The position numbers were made by a program, and so were the translations under genes. From contig UQPY01000001.1 of NCBI GenBank assembly GCA_900542965.1, forward strand, positions 21,484 to 85,483: 64,000 bases of DNA. The letters run 5' to 3'. This document shows positions 57,849 through 64,000 of the stretch, one piece after another (positions within the stretch are counted from its first letter, which is position 1; every line of letters starts with the position of its first letter). Origin of the DNA: an uncultured Collinsella sp. GTDB lineage: Bacteria; Actinomycetota; Coriobacteriia; Coriobacteriales; Coriobacteriaceae. The notes beneath the pieces were generated by a model. The model did not search any database and had not been told where the DNA came from. It saw nothing but the letters and a program-made list of their open reading frames with translations.

Positions 57849-60545
57849 TTACTTCTTCTTTTTGCTTGGCATCGAGACTTTGATGCCTTGGGCGGACTTG
57901 GTCACGCGAGAGCGCTTGGCTCCGGTACTCTTCTTTTTCTTGGGCTGGGCCTCGGCCTCGCGAGCGGTGCGATCTTCGCGGCGCTGCGCCATGTCGGCGG
58001 CGACGCGCTTGGCAAAACGTTCGGCCGTCGAGCCCGTAGAGCTCACCTTGCCGCCACCGCGACCCAGGCGGACGCGCACACCGCGGCCAAAACCAGTTGC
58101 GGCATGACGACGACGCGGCTTGAGCGAATCCATCATCGTGGCGAGCTTAAAGAACACCGAGCAGGTAAAGACCACGATAACAGCCAAGATAACCATCTGG
58201 CCCATCGACAGGTTGGCAATAGACAGCAGCTCCGGGAATCCGATAACGCCCACCAGGATGCCGGCGACTACAAACACAAAGAGCACCACGCGCAAGGGCG
58301 TGAGAGGCTGCGAGATGCGCCAGATCAGGCTGACGCTCGCCGCGCACGACGTAAGCAGGCACATCGTAGACAGCGTGAGCTGGCTAAAGCCAAACACGCG
58401 CGCCACAAAGATATCGAGCGCCGCAGCCAAAATGACCGCAATCGACGCCGGCAGTGCACGCTTGAGCACGTTGGTCAAAAACGCACCCTTCACGCGAGCA
58501 TTGTTGGGCTCCAGGCCCAACACAAAGCCCGGCGCGCCGATGCAGAAGAAGTTGATGAGCGTCATCTGAATCGGCTCGAAAGGGTACGGCGGCAGCGCGA
58601 TGCACAGCGCCGCCAGGCCCATCGAGAACAGCGTCTTGGTCAAGAACAGCGAAGCCGAACGCTGCAGGTTGTTGATGGAGCGACGGCCTTCGGCCACCAC
58701 GGCGGGCATCGAGGCAAAGTCGTTGTCGACGAGCACGATCTCGGCCACGTTGCGCGCGGCATCGGAGCCGGCCGCCATGGCGACGGAGCAGTCGGCCTCC
58801 TTGAGCGCCAACACGTCGTTGACGCCGTCGCCCGTCATGGCCACGGTGTGCTCGCGGCGCTTGAGCGCCTGCACGAGCTCGCGCTTCTGCTGCGGGGTCA
58901 CACGACCAAAGACATGGTAGCGGTCCACTGCGGCATCGAGCTTGGCCGGCGTATCGAGCGTCGTGGCGTCCACATAAGCGTCCGCCCCCGGCACGCCCAC
59001 CACGCGCGCGATCGACGACACCGTACGCGGGTCATCGCCACTGATCACGTTGAGCGTCACGCCCTGCTCGTTAAAGTAGCCGATGGTCTCGGCCGCCGAG
59101 GTGCGAATCTCGTCGCGGATGGTCACAAAGCCCACGGGCTCGGCCTCGCCCACCATATCGCCATCGGGCGTAAAACCGTCCACGCGCGCCACCACGAGCA
59201 CGCGGCAGGTATCGGCAAGCTCGGCGACACGGTTCTCGACCTGGGCAAACGCACGATCAGAGAGCACAAACTGCGCTGCACCCATCACATAGGAGCCCTG
59301 CGCAAACGAGGCGCCGCTCCACTTTTTGGAGGACGAGAACGGAATGACCGACAGCGGCTCAGACACCTCGACCGGGCGATCGGCGTAATAGTTGAGCAGC
59401 GCCTGGCAGGTCTCGTTGGCATCGGCCGAAGTCGCACGCGCCACGTTAGCCAGCGCAAAATCGAGCACCGTGGTATCGACGGGAACGGCGGCGTCACCCT
59501 CCCCCGCGGCCATGCCAAAGCCCTCGATCGGCAGCGGATACGTGCCCTCGACCTCCATACGGCCCGACGTGATGGTGCCCGTCTTGTCCAGGCACAGCAC
59601 GTCGACGCGAGCGAGTGTCTCGATGCAGTAGAGCTGCTGTGCCAGCACCTTGCGGCGGGCCAGGCGCACCGTGGCGATGGCGAGCACCGACGAAGTCAGC
59701 AGCACCAGGCCTTGCGGGATCATACCCAGCAGGGCGCCCACCGTGGACAGCAGCGCCGACGAAGGCACATGACCGGCCAACAGCTCGGAGAAGCACCACG
59801 AAAGCGCGCTATCGCCCGGGGTTCCCGCGGCATCCCACAGCTCGCTCACACTCGAGGCAAACAACGCCAAACCGAGCGGGATCATGATGATGCTCGCAAA
59901 GCGCACGATGGCGTTCAGCGCGTTCATGATCTCGGAATTAACCTTTTTGACGTACTTGGCCTCGTTATTAATTTTGGCCACGTAGTTGTCGGCGCCGACA
60001 TGGATCACGCGGGCGCGCAGCAGGCCCGAGTCGATAAAGCTGCCGCTCATGAGCTCGGAACCAGGCTGTTTCTTAATAAGGTCGCTCTCGCCCGTCAGCA
60101 GGCTCTCGTTCACGAGTGCCTCGCCCGAGACCACCACGGCGTCAGCGGGAATCTGGTCGCCGCGCCCCAGGCGAATGATATCGTCGAGCACGACCTGGTC
60201 CAGGTCGAGCTCCACCTCGACGCCGTCGCGCACCGCGATGGCCTTCTTGGAGGTCAGCAGCGTGAGCTTATCGACCATCTTCTTGGAACGCATGGACTGA
60301 ATGACGCCAATAGCGGTATTGAGGAACACCACGAACAGGAACGTCAGATTCTTAAACGAACCGGTCAAAATGACCAGGAACGCCAAGATCACGTTGATCA
60401 AATTGAACAGCGTGCAGAGGTTCTCGATGATGAGCTCTTTGACCGACTTGGTCTTGAGTTCCATGTTGCGGTTGATCTTACCGGCGGCGATGCGCTCCTC
60501 GACCTCGGCGGTCGAGAGTCCGCGCTCGATATCCGTTGCTGCCAT
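57849..60545 (-). CDS. P-type ATPase (CtpE-like, cation unknown)
   Basis: LTGESD, DKTGTIT, ISGDD, FGRVTP, MTGDGVND; TM4 motif is PQGL. Confidence 0.92.
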   Translation of the reverse strand: MAATDIERGLSTAEVEERIAAGKINRNMELKTKSVKELIIENLCTLFNLINVILAFLVILTGSFKNLTFLFVVFLNTAIGVIQSMRSKKMVDKLTLLTSKKAIAVRDGVEVELDLDQVVLDDIIRLGRGDQIPADAVVVSGEALVNESLLTGESDLIKKQPGSELMSGSFIDSGLLRARVIHVGADNYVAKINNEAKYVKKVNSEIMNALNAIVRFASIIMIPLGLALFASSVSELWDAAGTPGDSALSWCFSELLAGHVPSSALLSTVGALLGMIPQGLVLLTSSVLAIATVRLARRKVLAQQLYCIETLARVDVLCLDKTGTITSGRMEVEGTYPLPIEGFGMAAGEGDAAVPVDTTVLDFALANVARATSADANETCQALLNYYADRPVEVSEPLSVIPFSSSKKWSGASFAQGSYVMGAAQFVLSDRAFAQVENRVAELADTCRVLVVARVDGFTPDGDMVGEAEPVGFVTIRDEIRTSAAETIGYFNEQGVTLNVISGDDPRTVSSIARVVGVPGADAYVDATTLDTPAKLDAAVDRYHVFGRVTPQQKRELVQALKRREHTVAMTGDGVNDVLALKEADCSVAMAAGSDAARNVAEIVLVDNDFASMPAVVAEGRRSINNLQRSASLFLTKTLFSMGLAALCIALPPYPFEPIQMTLINFFCIGAPGFVLGLEPNNARVKGAFLTNVLKRALPASIAVILAAALDIFVARVFGFSQLTLSTMCLLTSCAASVSLIWRISQPLTPLRVVLFVFVVAGILVGVIGFPELLSIANLSMGQMVILAVIVVFTCSVFFKLATMMDSLKPRRRHAATGFGRGVRVRLGRGGGKVSSTGSTAERFAKRVAADMAQRREDRTAREAEAQPKKKKSTGAKRSRVTKSAQGIKVSMPSKKKK

Positions 60546-60573
60546 ACCACGTCCCATCACGTCGCGTCGGTAT

Positions 60574-60610
60574 AAGAAAAACCGCCCGGACCATGCGAGG
60601 TTCGGACGGT
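60574..60610 (-). terminator. Terminator after tRNA-Arg
   Basis: Minus strand ACCGTCCGAACC-TCGCAT-GGTCCGGGCGGT-TTTTCTT. Confidence 0.75.
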
Positions 60611-60621
60611 CTTACGTTCGA

Positions 60622-60698
60622 TGGTGCCCCATGTTGGATTCGAACCAACGGCCTTCTGCTCCGGAGGCAGACGCTCTAATCCCCTGAGCTAATAGGGC
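60622..60698 (-). tRNA. tRNA-Arg (anticodon CCG)
   Basis: GCCCTATTAGCTCAGGGGATTAGAGCGTCTGCCTCCGGAGCAGAAGGCCGTTGGTTCGAATCCAACATGGGGCACCA: full cloverleaf with encoded CCA. Confidence 0.96.
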
Positions 60699-60709
60699 CA
60701 ACGTTTGGC

Positions 60710-60739
60710 ATTATACCCAAGTGCGCCACGGGCTATCAA
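60710..60739 (-). promoter_or_regulatory. tRNA-Arg promoter
   Basis: TTGATA-18 bp-TATAAT. Confidence 0.7.
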
Positions 60740-60902
60740 AATAAAAGAAAAAGCTTTGCAATTCCGAGGAAGACGCGGCGCAACGGCCCACTTTAGAAGG
60801 CAAAAGCGAGTCAGATAGTATAAACTCTCATGCACCATATATACACGGCTCGCGATGCGGGCCGTTTTTGCAAAAGTTATCCATCGAGGTGAGAGGCACA
60901 CC

Positions 60903-61925
60903 ATGATTGCAATTTTAAAGCAGAGCGCCAGCGACGAGGCCGTAAGCCATATCGTCAGCTGGATTGAGAAAAAGGGCCTGAAGACCGATGTCTCGCGCGG
61001 CGAGAACGAGACGATTATCGGCCTGGTGGGCGATACGACCAAGATCGACCCGTTCCTGCTCGAGTCCATGGATGTCGTCGAGCGCGTGCAGCGCGTCTCC
61101 GAGCCGTTCAAGCGCGCAAATCGCAAGTTCCACCCCGAGGACTCCGTCATCGACTGCGGCCACGGCGTCAAGATCGGCGGCGACCAGTTCCAAGTCATCG
61201 CCGGCCCCTGCTCCGTCGAGGGCGAGAACCTCATCCGCATCGCACGCCGCGTAAAGGCCGCCGGCGCCACGATGCTGCGCGGCGGTGCCTACAAGCCCCG
61301 CACCTCCCCCTACGCCTACCAGGGCATGGGCCCCGCCGGCCTCGACCTGCTGTGCGAAGCGTCTGCCGAGCTCGACATGCCGATCGTCACCGAGATCATG
61401 GACCCACGCGACGTGCAGGTCTTCTTGGACAAGAAGATCGACGTCATGCAGATCGGCGCCCGCAACGCCCAGAACTTCCCCCTGCTCAAGGAGGTCGGCA
61501 AGACCCAGACCCCGATTCTGCTCAAGCGCGGCATGTCCGGCACGATCGATGAGCTGCTCATGGCCGCCGAGTACATCATGAGCGAGGGCAACGACAACGT
61601 CATCCTGTGCGAGCGCGGCATCCGCACCTTCGAAACCCGCACCCGTAACACCTTCGATCTCAACGCCGTGCCGGTGCTGCACCATCTGTCGCACCTGCCC
61701 GTCGTCGCCGACCCCAGCCACGCCACAGGCTACACCCGCTACGTTGAGCCCATGGCGCTCGCCGCGACCGCCTGCGGTGCCAACGGCCTGGAGATCGAGG
61801 TCCACGACGAGCCGAGCCGAGCCTGGTCCGACGGCGCCCAGGCCCTCACCCCCGATCAGTTCGACGACACCATGCGCCGCATCCGCGCCATCCGCGAGGT
61901 CGTCTGCCAAGAGACCATGGAGTAG
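60903..61925 (+). CDS. aroF: DAHP synthase (type I-beta with N-terminal regulatory domain)
   Basis: IAGPCSVE, RGGAYKPRTSPY, QIGARN, LCERGIRTF, DPSHATG. Confidence 0.95.
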   Translation: MIAILKQSASDEAVSHIVSWIEKKGLKTDVSRGENETIIGLVGDTTKIDPFLLESMDVVERVQRVSEPFKRANRKFHPEDSVIDCGHGVKIGGDQFQVIAGPCSVEGENLIRIARRVKAAGATMLRGGAYKPRTSPYAYQGMGPAGLDLLCEASAELDMPIVTEIMDPRDVQVFLDKKIDVMQIGARNAQNFPLLKEVGKTQTPILLKRGMSGTIDELLMAAEYIMSEGNDNVILCERGIRTFETRTRNTFDLNAVPVLHHLSHLPVVADPSHATGYTRYVEPMALAATACGANGLEIEVHDEPSRAWSDGAQALTPDQFDDTMRRIRAIREVVCQETME

Positions 61926-61928
61926 CCC

Positions 61929-62843
61929 ATGGGTACGGTGAGAAACGCGCGCGTCAACCAGGGCGGTCCCAAGTGCGCCGGCATCGTCGGCCTGGGCCTC
62001 ATCGGCGGCAGCTTTGCCCGCGGCTATGCGCAGGCGGGCGTCCGCGTGCTGGCCTGGGACCCCGATGACGATGTCCTGACGGCCGCCAGCATGGGCACTG
62101 TCGCCGGCGAGCTCAACGACGAGACGCTCGCTGAATGCGACATCATCGTCCTTGCCTGCTACCCCGAGGCCTGCATCGAGTGGCTCGAGGCGCATGCCCG
62201 GGCACTCGCCGACGCCACCGACACCGACGCCATCATGGGTCCTGTGGTGATCGACACCGTGGGCGTCAAGGGCATTGTGTGTGAGCGGGCCTTTGAGCTT
62301 GCCAGCGAGCACGGCTTTTACTTTGTGGGCGCGCACCCCATGGCGGGCACGCAGTACTCGGGCTATGCGCACTCCCGCGCCGACCTGTTCCAGGGCGCGC
62401 CGCTCGTGCTCGTGCCGCCCGCAGTGGACGATGCGCTCAAGCTGGAGCTTTTGGGCCAGGTGCGCGAGATGGTGCGCCCCTTGGGCTTTGGCAAGTTCAG
62501 CGTGACCAGCGCCGCCGAGCACGACCGCGTCATCGCCTTCACGAGCCAGCTTGCGCACGTGGTATCCAACGCCTACGTAAAGAGTCCGACCGCCCAGGTC
62601 CACCACGGCTTTTCGGCCGGTAGCTACCGCGATCTCACCCGCGTGGCGCACCTCAACCCGCAAATGTGGTCCGAGCTCATGATCGACGACGCCAACGCGC
62701 TCGCCTTCGAGATCGATCATCTGATCGAGTCGCTTGGCGCCTACAGCCGCGCCCTTAAGGACCGCGACCAGCGCTATCTGGAGAATCTCCTTGCCGAGGG
62801 CGACCGCATTAAGCGCGCGCTCGACGACGAGGCCTCCCACTAG
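61929..62843 (+). CDS. tyrA: Prephenate dehydrogenase
   Basis: VGLGLIGGS, GAHPMAG, EHDRVIAFTSQLAH, GSYRDLTRVA. Confidence 0.93.
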   Translation: MGTVRNARVNQGGPKCAGIVGLGLIGGSFARGYAQAGVRVLAWDPDDDVLTAASMGTVAGELNDETLAECDIIVLACYPEACIEWLEAHARALADATDTDAIMGPVVIDTVGVKGIVCERAFELASEHGFYFVGAHPMAGTQYSGYAHSRADLFQGAPLVLVPPAVDDALKLELLGQVREMVRPLGFGKFSVTSAAEHDRVIAFTSQLAHVVSNAYVKSPTAQVHHGFSAGSYRDLTRVAHLNPQMWSELMIDDANALAFEIDHLIESLGAYSRALKDRDQRYLENLLAEGDRIKRALDDEASH

Positions 62844-62879
62844 ACCACCTATCACGCCAGGTCGAAAGGACCGAAACTT

Positions 62880-63986
62880 ATGGCGATTACCATCGATATC
62901 GACACTGCGCGCCCCTACCAGGTGCATGTTGGAACGTTTTTGCTGGAGCAGGCGGGACCGCTCGTGCGCGCCACTGCCGGCGGCGCCAAGGCCGTCATCG
63001 TGACGGACACCAACGTGGGCCCGCTCTACCAGATGCCCGTTAAGCAGAGCCTGGAGGCGTCAGGCTACGAGGTGAGCATCTGCACCTTCGAGGCCGGCGA
63101 GGCCCATAAGCGCGCCGAAACCTATGTTGCCATTTTGGAGTTTGTGGCCGAGCACGAGCTTTCGCGCTCCGACGTGATCGTGGCACTCGGCGGCGGCGTC
63201 GTGGGCGACGTGGCGGGCTTTGTGGCCGCCACCTACATGCGCGGCTGCAAGTTTGCGCAGATCCCGACGAGCCTGCTCGCCATGGTGGATTCGTCTGTGG
63301 GCGGCAAGACCGCCATCGACCTGGCTGCCGGCAAGAACTTGGCCGGCGCCTTTTGGCAGCCGAGCGTGGTTATCGCCGACGTGGGATGCCTGGCCACCCT
63401 CACGCCCGAGCAGTTCGCCGACGGCTGCGGCGAGGTCGTCAAGCATGCCGTGATCGCCGACCCGGAGCTTTTCGCCGAGCTGGAGAAGACCCCGCTCACG
63501 CTGGAGCTGCTCAACCGCGATGTGGCCCGCGTAGCGCTCATCATCGCCCGCAATATCGACATCAAGCGCGCCGTGGTCGTCGCCGACGAGCGCGAGACCA
63601 ACCAGCGCAAGCTCCTCAACTTTGGACACAGCGCCGGACACGCCGTCGAGGCCTGCGAGCACTTTGAGCTCGGACACGGCAACTGCGTGTCGATCGGCAT
63701 GGGCATCATCACGCGCGCCGCGGCCCTGCACGGCGTTTGCGATGCTGCACTGCCCGGTCGTATTGAGGAGCTCTGTGCACGTCACGGTCTCAAGACCCGC
63801 TGCGAGCTTTCTGCCGATGCCGTCTTTGCCGAGGCGCTCCACGACAAGAAGCGCGCGGGTGACACCATCGACCTGGTGATTCCGCACGGCATTGGCCGCT
63901 GCAGCATCGACCGCACGCCGCTTTCCACTTTCCACGAACTCATTGCCGAGGGCCTCGGCCAGAAGGGAGACCCATCCGCATGCTAG
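62880..63986 (+). CDS. aroB: 3-dehydroquinate synthase
   Basis: GGGVVGDVAGF, PTSLLAMVDSSVGGKT, LNFGH, HG, HDKK. Confidence 0.96.
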   Translation: MAITIDIDTARPYQVHVGTFLLEQAGPLVRATAGGAKAVIVTDTNVGPLYQMPVKQSLEASGYEVSICTFEAGEAHKRAETYVAILEFVAEHELSRSDVIVALGGGVVGDVAGFVAATYMRGCKFAQIPTSLLAMVDSSVGGKTAIDLAAGKNLAGAFWQPSVVIADVGCLATLTPEQFADGCGEVVKHAVIADPELFAELEKTPLTLELLNRDVARVALIIARNIDIKRAVVVADERETNQRKLLNFGHSAGHAVEACEHFELGHGNCVSIGMGIITRAAALHGVCDAALPGRIEELCARHGLKTRCELSADAVFAEALHDKKRAGDTIDLVIPHGIGRCSIDRTPLSTFHELIAEGLGQKGDPSAC

Positions 63987-64000
63987 CCCGCATCAACCCG
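63980..64000 (+). CDS. Start of the next gene (MLARINP...), probably another shikimate-pathway enzyme; truncated by the window edge
   Basis: GGGAG RBS then an ATG overlapping the aroB end; only 7 codons visible. Confidence 0.4.

Noticed and set aside
60546..60700. Genomic island integrated at tRNA-Arg
   Set aside because: No integrase, no duplicated tRNA 3' end and no compositional shift seen.
57888..62927. 895-aa (+) and 670-aa (-) ORFs
   Set aside because: Shadows of the P-type ATPase and of aroF/tyrA.

Overview
Mostly core chromosome of a GC-rich (roughly 60%) anaerobic bacterium. An actinobacterial mIHF combined with Firmicutes-like gene blocks (glyQS-PDRP-ppdK, pyrR-B-C-K-D-F, trmFO-xerC, mreBCD-pbp2-rodA) suggests Coriobacteriia, probably Collinsella-like (inference). 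Nearly all genes lie on the minus strand. The main blocks, each named in its direction of transcription, are: mIHF-gmk-rpoZ-thiI (partial); the pyr operon with an attenuator leader; rpmB; adhE plus an APH/choline-kinase-fold gene; rpsB-tsf-pyrH-frr-uppS-cdsA-dxr-rseP-ispG-proS; yraN-comM-dprA-trmFO-xerC; rplS-rnhB; glyQS-PDRP-ppdK; rpsP-khpA-rimM-trmD-lepB; dinB; rplU-rpmA-obg-nadD-yqeK-rsfS; mreBCD-pbp2-rodA-DUF697-like-radical SAM pair; TPR, cyclophilin and zinc-ribbon genes; a P-type ATPase; tRNA-Arg(CCG); and aroF-tyrA-aroB. I saw no CRISPR array, prophage or intact transposase. The most notable observations are: (1) a 245-bp element bounded by perfect 17-bp inverted repeats that holds a decayed REP-associated tyrosine transposase (RAYT) fragment; (2) a kinase-fold gene coupled to adhE; (3) an RseP protease with a winged-helix-like insertion; (4) xerC apparently starting at a non-canonical ATA codon; (5) a variant PyrR attenuator; (6) a P-type ATPase with PQGL in place of PEGL. 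All calls come from reading the sequence by eye; no database searches were run.
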